Positions 35,744 to 46,368 of a stretch of DNA of 55,535 nucleotides are shown one piece after another. The DNA lies in the IMG/VR virus record IMGVR_UViG_3300009110_000302, positions 62,001 to 117,535 of that record. One strand, written 5' to 3'. The stretch's first letter is position 1; each line of letters opens with the position of its first letter. Below the pieces are notes generated by a model that saw only the letters and a program-made list of their open reading frames with translations, was not told the origin of the DNA and made no database searches. The position numbers and the translations under genes were made by a program. The DNA comes from an uncultured virus (IMG/VR IMGVR_UViG_3300009110_000302). Lineage: Duplodnaviria; Heunggongvirae; Uroviricota; Caudoviricetes.

Positions 35744-36829
35744 ATGGAAGAAATTTTCTTATCAGAAGAACAAAAAGAAAAGGTTTTGAGCGAATGGAAC
35801 TCAAAGCCTAACGACCCCCCATCACTTTTAGAGCTTATCAAGGCAGCGGGGTTTGAAGATAAAGATGGCCGAAGTAAAGAAGGTCGAGCGGTAAAACAAT
35901 TTTTAGCTTCAAGGCAAATTAAAGCCCAAGGAGCCCAAAACTATCAACCTAAAAAAAGGGTCAATCTAACGGATGAAGACGTAGAGTTTATTATTAATAA
36001 CATGGGGATGATGAAATCGATGGAGATGGCTCGGGTGATATTTAAAGATGAGACTTTGACCAATCTAAACCAAGAAACTCGAGCGGTCCTTGAGGTCGTA
36101 CGTTCTCACGAAGAACAAGTGCAGCCTTATGAAAATACTGATGAAGCCTCTATAGACCAATACAAGCCCCCAAAAACTTTTGATCAGTCCTTGGCAAGAA
36201 TTAATAAATATATGCATAATGGCATTAATAAAACGAAACTTAACATCAAGCAAAAGAAAGACATCCAAGCCCTAATAGGTTTCCTGCATACTTATAGATT
36301 TACGCATCAAATTAACAGTTATAATACTACAACAGAAAGAGATTTATTTGAAAGTAGTTTTGTCAGATATGCATTTGATAAAAACGATCTGACAGAAGAA
36401 GAAGTAGATCAATACATAGTGTTATCTACAGAGGTAGTTATAGCTTCAAACATCCAACACCGAGTAGAACACTTGCAGATGCTAATGGATGGGGTGGCAA
36501 ACGACACAGAAGGCCGAAGAATTTCCATGTCTTTAGTGGAAGCTATTAGTACGGCTCAAACAGAGTATAACCAATGTGTTAACAGACAGCATAAACTTTT
36601 AGAGAGTCTAAAAGAAAAAAGAAGTGACAAACTCAAGAAACAACTACATGAAAATGCTAGCATACTAAATCTAGTGGAGATGTGGAAAGAGGAAGAGAGC
36701 AGGAAGCAACTTATTGAGCTGACTGAGCTTCGCAAGAAGACCTTAAAGAGTGAAATAGATAAGCTTTCCGGGATGGACGAGGTAAGGGCTAGAATCATGG
36801 GCATAACAGATGACGAAGCCTTAAATTAG
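35744..36829 (+). CDS. Hypothetical protein upstream of terminase, C-terminal coiled coil
   Basis: 361-aa ORF; position compatible with a packaging accessory. Confidence 0.6.
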   Translation: MEEIFLSEEQKEKVLSEWNSKPNDPPSLLELIKAAGFEDKDGRSKEGRAVKQFLASRQIKAQGAQNYQPKKRVNLTDEDVEFIINNMGMMKSMEMARVIFKDETLTNLNQETRAVLEVVRSHEEQVQPYENTDEASIDQYKPPKTFDQSLARINKYMHNGINKTKLNIKQKKDIQALIGFLHTYRFTHQINSYNTTTERDLFESSFVRYAFDKNDLTEEEVDQYIVLSTEVVIASNIQHRVEHLQMLMDGVANDTEGRRISMSLVEAISTAQTEYNQCVNRQHKLLESLKEKRSDKLKKQLHENASILNLVEMWKEEESRKQLIELTELRKKTLKSEIDKLSGMDEVRARIMGITDDEALN

Positions 36830-36834
36830 TTATA

Positions 36835-37767
36835 ATGATCTGTAAAGTCTGTAATAAAGAATTCGAAACAGAACGCCAACTTCATGCTCACTTAAAAGCT
36901 CATAAGTTGACGATGATAGAATATTATCAACAATACTACCCCCGTTACGATCTATACGATAAAAAAATAATAAAATTTAAAAATAAAACTCAATACTTAA
37001 ATACTGATTTTAACTCTAGGACTAATCTACGCATGTGGATGAAAGATAAGCCAGAAAATGAAGCTAAAGAATATTGCGCTTCTCTAATGAAAAAAAGAAT
37101 AGAAAAAAAGGGCATAGAGTACGCTCCAACTCAAGTAGAGCTAAGAACTATTTTAAGTCCCCCTATTCAGTATCATGATAAGCTATTCGGATCTTACAAC
37201 CAGTTCTGTGAGGGTTTAGGCCTAAAGACTAAATTTGTATCTCCGGGAGAAATAGTCGAAGGCTCAAAATGGAAAGACGCTAAATACAAAATCTACGTAG
37301 ATACGAGAGAGCAAAGACCTTTAAAATTTAAAAATCGTCAAATAGAAATCAAAACTCTAAAGTTTGGAGATTACGCTTTTAGTAACAAGGAGGCGACCTG
37401 TAACTGTTATATAGAAAGAAAAAACTTGTCGGATTTCATAGGCACGATAAGTGGCGGCTACGAACGTTTTATAAATGAAATAGAAAGAGCCAAGGAAGCG
37501 GACGCTTATTTAGTTGTCCTAGTAGAAGACACCTTAACGAACTCGTTAAGCTTCCCATTCTTAAGGCATATATCTAAAAAAATTAAAGCTACTCCTGAAT
37601 TTATTTTTAATAGAGTCAGAAGTCTTACTCAGACTTATCCGCATATCCAATTTTTATTTGTTAAAGGCCGGGTAGAGTCCTCGAGGGTTATAGAAAAAAT
37701 ATTTACTAGCGGGTGCGTTCATGAAAAGATCGATCTCCAACTAGCATACGATACTAAGAAGTTATAA
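36835..37767 (+). CDS. C2H2 zinc finger plus ERCC4/XPF-type nuclease
   Basis: CKVC...HLKAH; VDTREQ, GDY, IERKNLSDF. Confidence 0.8.
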   Translation: MICKVCNKEFETERQLHAHLKAHKLTMIEYYQQYYPRYDLYDKKIIKFKNKTQYLNTDFNSRTNLRMWMKDKPENEAKEYCASLMKKRIEKKGIEYAPTQVELRTILSPPIQYHDKLFGSYNQFCEGLGLKTKFVSPGEIVEGSKWKDAKYKIYVDTREQRPLKFKNRQIEIKTLKFGDYAFSNKEATCNCYIERKNLSDFIGTISGGYERFINEIERAKEADAYLVVLVEDTLTNSLSFPFLRHISKKIKATPEFIFNRVRSLTQTYPHIQFLFVKGRVESSRVIEKIFTSGCVHEKIDLQLAYDTKKL

Positions 37768-39596
37768 TGTGGTACGCTCCAGAAAAATACAAAAAAGATA
37801 TACTTGATGTAAATCAAGAGCTTCTTAAGTTGAAAGGTGATCTAGGAGAAAAAGAGGCCAAGATTACTCTTGTAAAGTTTCTAAAAGCTAACATAGGTTT
37901 TACCACGGAGCTTTTATCAGGAATTAAATTAGCGCCCTATCAAGAGGTTACTCTTAAAGGATTATTTAATAGGAACTTTAGCATGTGTGTCTGGGGCCGT
38001 GGTTGTGGCAAATCTTTTATAGCTGCTGTTTACTGTTTTTTGCAATGTATTTTTGAGCCGGGAACGAAAATAATGATCGCTGGACCAACCTTTAGGACAG
38101 CTAGGAACATATTTACCAATTTAGAAAAGATGGTAGATTCGAAAGGCGCTGAATTGTTACGGCAAGCGTTTCATATACAACCCTCTAAAAGAAACGACCA
38201 ATATGAATGGCAAATTAATGGAGGAACGATAACAGCAATTCCGTTAAGCGGAGAAAAAATTCGTGGTTTTCGTGCAAACGTTTTGCTTTTAGACGAGTTC
38301 TTACTTCTTAGTGAAGACATAGTCAAAACTGTTCTTATGCCATTCTTGGTAGCTCCACAGAACATGAAGGAAAGAATTGAAATCAGAGAAATAGAAGACA
38401 GACTAATTAAAGAAGGAGCGATGAAAGAAGAAGACCGAATGGTGTTCGAGAACGATTCTAAAATGATAGCTCTGTCTTCCGCTAGTTACACCTTCGAAAA
38501 TTTATATAAAACCTACAAAGAGTGGGTGGAAAAAATTTACTCTAAAGAAGAGTTGGATGCGAGCTATTTTATATCTCAAATGGGATACGAAGCTTTACCG
38601 GAAGAGATGATAGACACAACCATTATCGAAGAAGCTCAAAACGGAGGACAAAGTCATTCAAGTTTTCAACGAGAATATTGTGCTCAGTTCACAGATGGCA
38701 GCGATTCTTACTTTAGTGCTAAAAAAATGTTTGAGTGCACGGTCCCTGACGGAGATAAGCCAACCACTTTACTTAAAGGTAAACGAGATAAAAAATATAT
38801 ATTAGGAATTGATCCATCTTTTTCTAATAGTCCCAGTTCTGATTATTTTGCGATGTCTATTCTAGAACTTGATGATGAAAGAAAAGACGGAACCTTGGTA
38901 CACAGTTATGCCGTAGCTGGTGGAGACTTAAAAGATCATATAAGATATCTTTATTATGTTATTAAAAACTTCGATATAGAAATGATTTGTATTGATAATG
39001 CCGGTTATCAATTTATCGACTCCGCTAACGAATCTGAGTTATTTTTAAAAGACAACATAGACCTTAAATTCTTCGACTTTAATAGTGAAAAAGATGGCGA
39101 TAATTATGCTATGGAATTAAAAAGAGCTAGAAGGGCTTACAATAAACAAAATGGAGCCATATGCTTTAAACAGGTATTCACTTCTGAGTTTATTCGAAAA
39201 GCCAACGAACACTTACAAGCGTGTATAGACCATAAAAAAATATGGTTCGCTTCCAAAACCTCTGCTCATGGCGACGTCTTTACAGGAGCGACAAAACAAA
39301 AGGTGGACGTTAGGCTAGTTTCGGAAGAGAACGTGGGCACATTTATAGAAACTCAAGACGACTTAATCTATCAGACAAAAAGGCAATGTGCTCTCGTAGA
39401 GGTTAAAACTACCGCAAGAGGTACGCAAACTTTCGATTTACCTCATCATCTGAAGCGTAGCACTTCTGCCTCAAGAGCTAGAAAAGATAATTATACCACA
39501 TTAATGCTTGCAAATTGGGCTTTAAAGTCTTATTATGATATGATGGAAATAAATTTAGAAGACCAAGACGCTACTTTCGTCCCGAGGATGATATAA
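37767..39596 (+). CDS. terL: Terminase large subunit
   Basis: Walker A GRGCGKS, Walker B LLLDE, IRGFRAN, FQREYCAQF, nuclease ILGIDPS. Confidence 0.9.
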   Translation: MWYAPEKYKKDILDVNQELLKLKGDLGEKEAKITLVKFLKANIGFTTELLSGIKLAPYQEVTLKGLFNRNFSMCVWGRGCGKSFIAAVYCFLQCIFEPGTKIMIAGPTFRTARNIFTNLEKMVDSKGAELLRQAFHIQPSKRNDQYEWQINGGTITAIPLSGEKIRGFRANVLLLDEFLLLSEDIVKTVLMPFLVAPQNMKERIEIREIEDRLIKEGAMKEEDRMVFENDSKMIALSSASYTFENLYKTYKEWVEKIYSKEELDASYFISQMGYEALPEEMIDTTIIEEAQNGGQSHSSFQREYCAQFTDGSDSYFSAKKMFECTVPDGDKPTTLLKGKRDKKYILGIDPSFSNSPSSDYFAMSILELDDERKDGTLVHSYAVAGGDLKDHIRYLYYVIKNFDIEMICIDNAGYQFIDSANESELFLKDNIDLKFFDFNSEKDGDNYAMELKRARRAYNKQNGAICFKQVFTSEFIRKANEHLQACIDHKKIWFASKTSAHGDVFTGATKQKVDVRLVSEENVGTFIETQDDLIYQTKRQCALVEVKTTARGTQTFDLPHHLKRSTSASRARKDNYTTLMLANWALKSYYDMMEINLEDQDATFVPRMI

Positions 39597-39675
39597 ATTC
39601 TCATTTAAGGTTATTTTAGCTCATTTTTTTAAATTTTAGTTTTTTTTTATTCGTCAGTGTAATATTATCTAAGTT

Positions 39676-41619
39676 ATGCCAGCTAAAAAGACCCAAACTA
39701 CGAACGCGAAACAAGGGAAACCTTCTATAGAAAAAAAGGCTTCTAGGAGGAAAAAGACCTCAAACGAAAGTACCCCCTTGATGACATCCTCTGCTTCTGC
39801 TAGGCAAGACACTGGGGTAAGAAGAAACAAATCTGGCTCTATAGTCCGAACGGACCGGTTTAGGAACATTGACGAAGGAATGGTTCCCTTTAACTATTCT
39901 CTGGGCCCGTATGGAAAATCAGCAACAAATTTAGACGTAAGAGATACAGTCATCTTATGCCAAAAAGCTTATTATAATTTTGCTGTATTTAGAAACACTA
40001 TCGATCTTATGACAGAGCTTTCTGTAAGCGAAGTTTATCTTACGGGTGGAAGTAAGAAGTCTAGGGAATTTTTTAACGCTTTTTTCAAGAAAGTTAATTT
40101 GAAAAGTCTACTTGATCGATTTTTCAGAGAGTATTATAGGTCAGGGAACGTTTTTTTATATAAGTTCGAAAAAGATATTACTAAAGCGGATGCGAAAAGA
40201 CTGACTCAGACTTACGCTAACACTCTAGGCAAAATTTCAATTCCTGTTAGGTATACCTTGTTGAATCCCGCAGATATACAAGTAAGCGGTAATATCTCTT
40301 TCGCTACTGGAAAATTTTATAAAGTATTAAACTCTTATGAAATGATGAGGTTAAAGAACCCTCAGACAGAAGAAGACTACGAGGTTTTAGAAAGTCTTCC
40401 TAAAGAAACTAAAGAGCAATTAAATAATCAGTCCAAGCAATCCAACTCTATTCTAACCTTACCTTTGGACCCGAATAAAGTTTCAGCAGTTTTTTATAAG
40501 AAGCAAGATTATGAGCCTTTCGGAGTTCCGATGGGTTACCCAGTTTTAGAAGACATAAACTGGAAAGCTGAATTAAAAAAAATGGACATGGCTCTGACTC
40601 GGACTATGCAACAAATGATTTTACTTGTCACCATGGGTACCGAGCCCGACAAAGGAGGAGTGAACCAAAAGAATTTAGCGGCCATGCAGAGCCTTTTCGA
40701 AAATGAATCAATAGGCCGGGTTCTGATTGCAGATTATACGACAAAAGCAGAATTCGTTATCCCTAAGATTGCAGACTTACTAGACCCTAAAAAATATGAA
40801 GTGGTAGATAGAGATATACAAATGGGTTTAAATAATGTTTTAGTAGGGGGAGAAAAATTCGCTAACCAAAGCGCAAGAATCGATGTGTTTATAGCTAGAC
40901 TAACCCAAGCGAGAGAAACTTTTATTAACGACTTCTTAATGCCTGAAATTAAATCTATAGCTAAAAAATTAGGCTTAAGAAATTATCCTACTCCAATTTT
41001 TGAAGACATTAAATTGAAAGACCCTTATAACAACAATAGAATCTATAGTCGTTTAATTGAGTTAGGTATTTTAACACCAGAAGAAGGTTTAGAGGCTTTG
41101 CAGAGCGGTAGATTACCGACTAAAGAAGAATCTCTTGAGTCTCAAAAAGAATATGTAGACTACAAAGAGGAAGGCTTGTTCGCGCCTATAGCACCAAATC
41201 AAGACGCTGAAGAAGGCTCTAGTCAAACAGGCAGTGGTAGACCCAACGGGACGACCAGCCCTCAAAACACAAAAACTATCAAACCGATAGGTGAAGGAGT
41301 GGGAAAGGAAATTTTTTCTCTTGAGAAGGTTAAAGATAACATGATTTTAGCCCAAAAATTAAATAATAAAATTGAGACAGAGCTTAAGAAAAAACACGAG
41401 CTTAAAGAATTGTCTCGAGAGCAATTAAATATAGCTTCTCAAATAGCAGACATAATCATAGTGAACGAAGAGCCTAAGTCTTGGATAAGAAAAGCTAAGA
41501 GCTATTTAAATAAGCCCGTAGATAAAAATTTAGATAAGGTCAAAGAGGTTCAAAAGCTTGCTGCTGACCATCAGGTTGATGAATATTTAGCGGGTATATT
41601 ATATGTTAGTAAAAAGTAA
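39676..41619 (+). CDS. Portal protein
   Basis: 647 aa directly after TerL; RNTIDLM, EYYRSGNVFLY, KQDYEPFGVP portal-like segments. Confidence 0.7.
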   Translation: MPAKKTQTTNAKQGKPSIEKKASRRKKTSNESTPLMTSSASARQDTGVRRNKSGSIVRTDRFRNIDEGMVPFNYSLGPYGKSATNLDVRDTVILCQKAYYNFAVFRNTIDLMTELSVSEVYLTGGSKKSREFFNAFFKKVNLKSLLDRFFREYYRSGNVFLYKFEKDITKADAKRLTQTYANTLGKISIPVRYTLLNPADIQVSGNISFATGKFYKVLNSYEMMRLKNPQTEEDYEVLESLPKETKEQLNNQSKQSNSILTLPLDPNKVSAVFYKKQDYEPFGVPMGYPVLEDINWKAELKKMDMALTRTMQQMILLVTMGTEPDKGGVNQKNLAAMQSLFENESIGRVLIADYTTKAEFVIPKIADLLDPKKYEVVDRDIQMGLNNVLVGGEKFANQSARIDVFIARLTQARETFINDFLMPEIKSIAKKLGLRNYPTPIFEDIKLKDPYNNNRIYSRLIELGILTPEEGLEALQSGRLPTKEESLESQKEYVDYKEEGLFAPIAPNQDAEEGSSQTGSGRPNGTTSPQNTKTIKPIGEGVGKEIFSLEKVKDNMILAQKLNNKIETELKKKHELKELSREQLNIASQIADIIIVNEEPKSWIRKAKSYLNKPVDKNLDKVKEVQKLAADHQVDEYLAGILYVSKK

Positions 41620-41621
41620 TT

Positions 41622-42719
41622 ATGTTGCGAAACCGAATCATTCACCAGAATGAGCTTCTGTATGTTGGACACGCTTTAGAATCCGGTCAAACATATTCTG
41701 CCCCTATCGTTACTAATCTAGATAAAGTCCAGTCTATCTCTTACGAATTCGCTTATGGTAGGTCTGAAGTTTCTGTAGTTGGAGAATCTAGCCCCGTTGA
41801 TAGGCCCGTTAATTCTAGCCCTATAACAAATTTAAATATCGATTATTTAATTGGCTCTTTCCATAATGAAAAACACTTAGGAATGAAAATTACGCCTCAA
41901 GGTTTTAGTTCTAGTTTTGCTTTATTAAGCGGTTTAGCAGACGAAACAGATAGAAGTAACGATAGGAGAAATCTATATTTAGTTACAAGCGAACAGGGCG
42001 TAGATGTGATGGAGGGGCAAACCGGGAACATAAGCGGGGTGCTATGTTTTCACGATTGTCAAATAAATAGTTACAATGCTAGTTTTACAGTAGGCGACTT
42101 ACCTAGGGCTTCAATATCTTTGCAAGGGGTAAACGCAAGTTACTTTAGTTCGGGCTCAGGTTTAGATGTAAAAGTCTTGGATAGAAAAACTGCGGACACG
42201 GCAGATACTATAGATGTTTCCATACCCATGTCAGGGAACCAGATTTCTTTTTCAGAGACTTTTATTCCCGGAGAGATTAATGTAGAATTCTATAACTCTG
42301 ACGGTAGCCCTATAGCGACCACTGGATTTACTCCGATCACAAACCAAAAAGTCCAATCTTTTGATTTAAGTTTTTCCATTAATAGAAATGAAATTAATTT
42401 AGTTGATCATAAGATTAATTATGACAGATTGTTGTCTACCCCAATTATAGGAACAAGCTCTATGTCAATTATAGATCACGGAACTCAATCTGGAGACTTA
42501 TCCGACGTTCTTAATAACTCTGAAGAGTATAAGATAATAACTAAAATAATGCATAACTCTGCTCATAAAATGAGCTTTACTCTCAATAAAGTAAAAATAG
42601 ATAAAATAAGTTACTCTCACTCTATAGGCGACAAGAAAATGATTAACCTTGCCCTCTCTTTCCCTATTGACCCGTTCAATGAAAACAAAAGCCTTAATTT
42701 CAGTGGTGCTTATTATTAG
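41622..42719 (+). CDS. Virion structural protein, possibly tail-tube-like
   Basis: Beta-rich, Ser/Gly-rich; internal repeat KVQSISYEF / KVQSFDLSF. Confidence 0.4.
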   Translation: MLRNRIIHQNELLYVGHALESGQTYSAPIVTNLDKVQSISYEFAYGRSEVSVVGESSPVDRPVNSSPITNLNIDYLIGSFHNEKHLGMKITPQGFSSSFALLSGLADETDRSNDRRNLYLVTSEQGVDVMEGQTGNISGVLCFHDCQINSYNASFTVGDLPRASISLQGVNASYFSSGSGLDVKVLDRKTADTADTIDVSIPMSGNQISFSETFIPGEINVEFYNSDGSPIATTGFTPITNQKVQSFDLSFSINRNEINLVDHKINYDRLLSTPIIGTSSMSIIDHGTQSGDLSDVLNNSEEYKIITKIMHNSAHKMSFTLNKVKIDKISYSHSIGDKKMINLALSFPIDPFNENKSLNFSGAYY

Positions 42720-42730
42720 TGTAAAGACTA

Positions 42731-43894
42731 ATGGTAATCACCATGAATGAAGAAAGCCAAAATAAAACAACACCTTTAAACGAATATCAATACGGCTCCC
42801 CGGACTTAATTGTGCCTGATATTCCTATGCCTGCTCCTCCGGAACCTAAGAAAGAAGTCGTAGATAAAGTCGATGGAGCTTTTCGGTTTGCTTTTGTCGG
42901 AGCGGGACAAGGCGGCTCTAGGATTGCAGAGATTTTTCACAAACTAGGCTATCGAAAAATAGCCGTCATGAATACCGCTCAGCAAGATTTAAATTTAATA
43001 AAAGTAGAACATAAACTATGCATAGGTGACGGTGGTGCGGGCAAAGAGCCTTCTGTAGCAAGAAAAAAGTTTGATGAAAGAAAAGAAGACGTTTTTGATT
43101 TTCTGAGAGATTCTTTAGGAGAAGGCGTTGATAGATATTTTATTTGTGCGGGCGCTGGAGGGGGAACGGGCGCGGGGACGGTGATGCCTTTAATTGAAAC
43201 TGCTTCAGAATTGCAAAAATCTCAAGGGTCTTCAACCGATAAAGTAGGAGTAATTTTAGCTTTACCAAAAGTCTCAGAAGGGACAAAAGTTAATGCTAAT
43301 GCTTATCAGGTTTTAGAAGAAGTATACAGCGCTGTAGAAAGCGGCTTAGTCTCTCCTTTGGTTGTTGTCGACAACGAAAAAATAAATAAACTTTACCCCG
43401 GTCTTGGCGTGGCTCCGTTTTGGCAAACAGCTAATATGAGTATAGCTGGACTATTCCATTTGTTCAATAATACTGCTACTAAAGACAGTTCTTTTTCTAC
43501 TTTTGACACAAACGACTACAAACAGGTTCTCGATTCAGGCATGATAGTTTTCGGAGCTACCCAAATAATGCAATGGGAAAATCCAAGCGATATAGCTCAA
43601 GCAGTTAGAGACAACTTAAAAACTAATGTCCTTTCGGGAGGTGTAGACTTATCTACTGGCACTAGCGCAGGAGTAATCATGATAGGGGGGAACGAGGTCT
43701 TAAATAACGTTCCTCAGGATCACCTAGATAAAGCATTTGAACAATTTACTAGAATACTAGCAAATGGTAGCGTGGTGCATAGAGGTATCTATAGCGGTAA
43801 CAAAGATAATCTAACAGCTTATACCATGATTGGGGGCTTAGGTAAACCTCATGAGAAGCTGGAAGAACTTAAAAAACATGGAGGGCTTTTATAA
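42731..43894 (+). CDS. Tubulin/FtsZ family GTPase (PhuZ/TubZ-like)
   Basis: FVGAGQGGSRIA, MNTA..DL, GGAGK, signature GAGGGTGAG, VVDN, D.NDY. Confidence 0.9.
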   Translation: MVITMNEESQNKTTPLNEYQYGSPDLIVPDIPMPAPPEPKKEVVDKVDGAFRFAFVGAGQGGSRIAEIFHKLGYRKIAVMNTAQQDLNLIKVEHKLCIGDGGAGKEPSVARKKFDERKEDVFDFLRDSLGEGVDRYFICAGAGGGTGAGTVMPLIETASELQKSQGSSTDKVGVILALPKVSEGTKVNANAYQVLEEVYSAVESGLVSPLVVVDNEKINKLYPGLGVAPFWQTANMSIAGLFHLFNNTATKDSSFSTFDTNDYKQVLDSGMIVFGATQIMQWENPSDIAQAVRDNLKTNVLSGGVDLSTGTSAGVIMIGGNEVLNNVPQDHLDKAFEQFTRILANGSVVHRGIYSGNKDNLTAYTMIGGLGKPHEKLEELKKHGGLL

Positions 43895-43895
43895 T

Positions 43896-44327
43896 ATGTC
43901 AATCGAATTGATAACAATGGCTGCTGGAGGAATAACCGGCTTTATCTTCAGATACTTAGCTGAACGAGCAAAAGAGAGAGCAGAGATTTATAAAATGGCC
44001 TTAGGCATTAAAAAAGCCCAAGACGATTCTGCTGATAGAGCGGCTAAGAGGGTTCCAATAGATGCTGGTAAGTGGGTTAGAAGAGCTATAGTTTGCGCTA
44101 TACTATTTGCAGTTGTTTTAGCTCCATTCATTTTATCTTTATTAGGTCATTCTACAATCGTGCAGATAGAGACAGAAGCTCCAACTTGGTTCTTCGGTCT
44201 ATTTGGGGGAGGCACGGAAGTTTTATTTGTAGAGATGAAAGGTTACTTAATGGTCCCAGAAGTGAGGCAAGCTTTGACAGCGATCATAGGATTTTATTTT
44301 GGGAACGCAGCAGCTAAAACGAGGTGA
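43896..44327 (+). CDS. Membrane protein (holin-like candidate)
   Basis: Hydrophobic segments; C-terminal AIIGFYFG. Confidence 0.5.
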   Translation: MSIELITMAAGGITGFIFRYLAERAKERAEIYKMALGIKKAQDDSADRAAKRVPIDAGKWVRRAIVCAILFAVVLAPFILSLLGHSTIVQIETEAPTWFFGLFGGGTEVLFVEMKGYLMVPEVRQALTAIIGFYFGNAAAKTR

Positions 44328-44355
44328 AATTAAACTGTTATTCGGGCTTTCTATT

Positions 44356-45051
44356 ATGAAGCTATTTATTCTATCTTTACTTGTGCTCATCGGTTGTTTG
44401 TCGGGTTGTAAAACAGGAGGATCTTGGGTTAAGTCCGCCTCTCCAAATATTAAGGTTATCTCGCCAAGCGATTTAATAAAGAACCCGAACGGAACTTTCC
44501 GTTTGAAAGATGGCAATACCCTTCCCGAAAAAGAAAAAGTTACTTCGAAAGAAATACCTCCGCCTAAAAAAGTCAACAAGCCTCAGGTAATTAACGAGCC
44601 TCAAAAAACAGAAAATAAAATTGTTAGCGAAAAAGTTAAGCTTCAGGGCGCGAAATCTAAACCTACCGCTCCAGCTAACTCTAGCGTAAAACCCCAACCT
44701 TTTCCTTCTGACCAAGTCAAAGCCTCCGGAAGCGAGACTGCTTTTGAGCCAACCGTAACTGACATAAGGATGAATATTGTGCCTAAAAATACAGAGCCTA
44801 AAGGAAAAGTTGACAAATCAATCGATACCGTTATTATAGAGGAAGAAAAAATGAAAATAGATTGGGCAGGATTATTTATGTTTTATTTCATGGCAATTAT
44901 GATATTGATCATGAGTTGGATGGTTTACGACTTAATAAAAGACTTTTTGTACAATAAGAAAAGGAATAAAGAAATAAACCCTTTTAAAAAAGAAGAAGCT
45001 AAAAAGCCCCTCTATGGCGCAAAAGGTCGCAAAAGACGTCGAAAAGAATAA
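44356..45051 (+). CDS. Lipoprotein with C-terminal TM helix (unimolecular spanin topology)
   Basis: Lipobox LSGC; Pro/Lys-rich linker; TM WAGLFMFYFMAIMILIMSWMVY; basic tail. Confidence 0.5.
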   Translation: MKLFILSLLVLIGCLSGCKTGGSWVKSASPNIKVISPSDLIKNPNGTFRLKDGNTLPEKEKVTSKEIPPPKKVNKPQVINEPQKTENKIVSEKVKLQGAKSKPTAPANSSVKPQPFPSDQVKASGSETAFEPTVTDIRMNIVPKNTEPKGKVDKSIDTVIIEEEKMKIDWAGLFMFYFMAIMILIMSWMVYDLIKDFLYNKKRNKEINPFKKEEAKKPLYGAKGRKRRRKE

Positions 45052-45138
45052 AAATCATTTCTTATCGTTTCCGAGAGTCGTAGTTTTATTTTACGGCTCT
45101 TTTTTTTATGGTGTAATAAAAAAATAGGATTATTTGTT

Positions 45139-45522
45139 ATGAAATATTTAAAAGAAGCGCCAAGCCACATCTGGACGTTCATACATAAACATACTAACGT
45201 AGTTGTCACCGTTTTAATTTGTTTGTGTTTTTTCTTCTTCTATAAAATATCTAACGACACGAAGCATTACGAAAAATTACATAATCTTCAAATGGAAAAC
45301 GTAATGCTGTCCAATGAGTTAGGACAAGCGATTGACATGATCACTGAACAAGGAAGACATGTAAATAAAATAGAAGAGAGTCTAGAGCTGAGAACGCAGC
45401 AATTAAATGAAGCTGCAGCGTTTGTAAATTTTCTAATCGAGAAGTTAAAGAGTTTAGGAGAATGGCCCCCTAAAGAGGACCCATCCCCAAAACCCGGTAA
45501 TCCTACCAGAAGCGAAGCTTAA
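45139..45522 (+). CDS. Membrane-anchored coiled-coil protein
   Basis: N-terminal TM then heptad region. Confidence 0.5.
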   Translation: MKYLKEAPSHIWTFIHKHTNVVVTVLICLCFFFFYKISNDTKHYEKLHNLQMENVMLSNELGQAIDMITEQGRHVNKIEESLELRTQQLNEAAAFVNFLIEKLKSLGEWPPKEDPSPKPGNPTRSEA

Positions 45523-45800
45523 GGAAGGATAACCATGAAAGAAAATGTACGCTTGTATACCAAGCAAAATAGGCATTGGTGGTCTCATGAGAAAAATACC
45601 AAATGGGCCATACAAGATAAAGAAGGGTATTGGTGGCTTGTCGGTGGTTCTGAATTTCCAGAAAAGAAAATAGAAGAAAAAGAAATGAAATGCGGACTTC
45701 CTCCAACCTTCGATTTAAAGACTCTTGTTTGGAGAATATTTCTAGGGGCGCTTATCGGAACTTTCATCGGTATAGTCATAGGTTTAATTATCCTTTCATT

Positions 45801-46322
45801 ATGAGTAAATACATAATATACTTCATAATAATTTCTTATTTATCTTTATTTAATATAGGATGTTCTCTTTTTCGTCCAGACTCTTTAAGTAGAGAAGATG
45901 GCTACTACACTCAACATCTCCAATCTTGTGGCCCTAGGGCTGCTCAAAAAGCTATTCAGAATTTAAAGAAGCACGGAGTTTGGGATGAGAGATATATAAC
46001 CGTTTTAGAGGTAGGCAAAAAAATACAAAATAATGGAGGTAACGCTTCTAGGCTCTTTTTATCTTTGTTCAACCATAGAACCATGCAAATAACCTTTCCT
46101 TACGAGATGGAAAGATTTTTTGAGAAGGAAGGGTTTAAAGTGTCTCGGGTTAAGTCTTTAAAAGGGTTAGACCCAGAAACAGATACAGCCTTAGTCCTAG
46201 TAAGGGGTTCTGTCCTCTCAAAATATTGGCATTGGGTGTGTTTCCCTACGGATCATTTTATTGAGGACTATTTCGGGAAAGAGACTAAAATCCATATAAT
46301 TCTGCTGGTTGAAAAAAAGTAA
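45801..46322 (+). CDS. Lipoprotein with C39-like cysteine peptidase motif
   Basis: NIGC lipobox; QHLQSCGP; HWVC. Confidence 0.5.
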   Translation: MSKYIIYFIIISYLSLFNIGCSLFRPDSLSREDGYYTQHLQSCGPRAAQKAIQNLKKHGVWDERYITVLEVGKKIQNNGGNASRLFLSLFNHRTMQITFPYEMERFFEKEGFKVSRVKSLKGLDPETDTALVLVRGSVLSKYWHWVCFPTDHFIEDYFGKETKIHIILLVEKK

Positions 46323-46368
46323 AATTTTTCTTGTCATTTTTTCATTGGGAGCTATAATGTTCCTGAAT

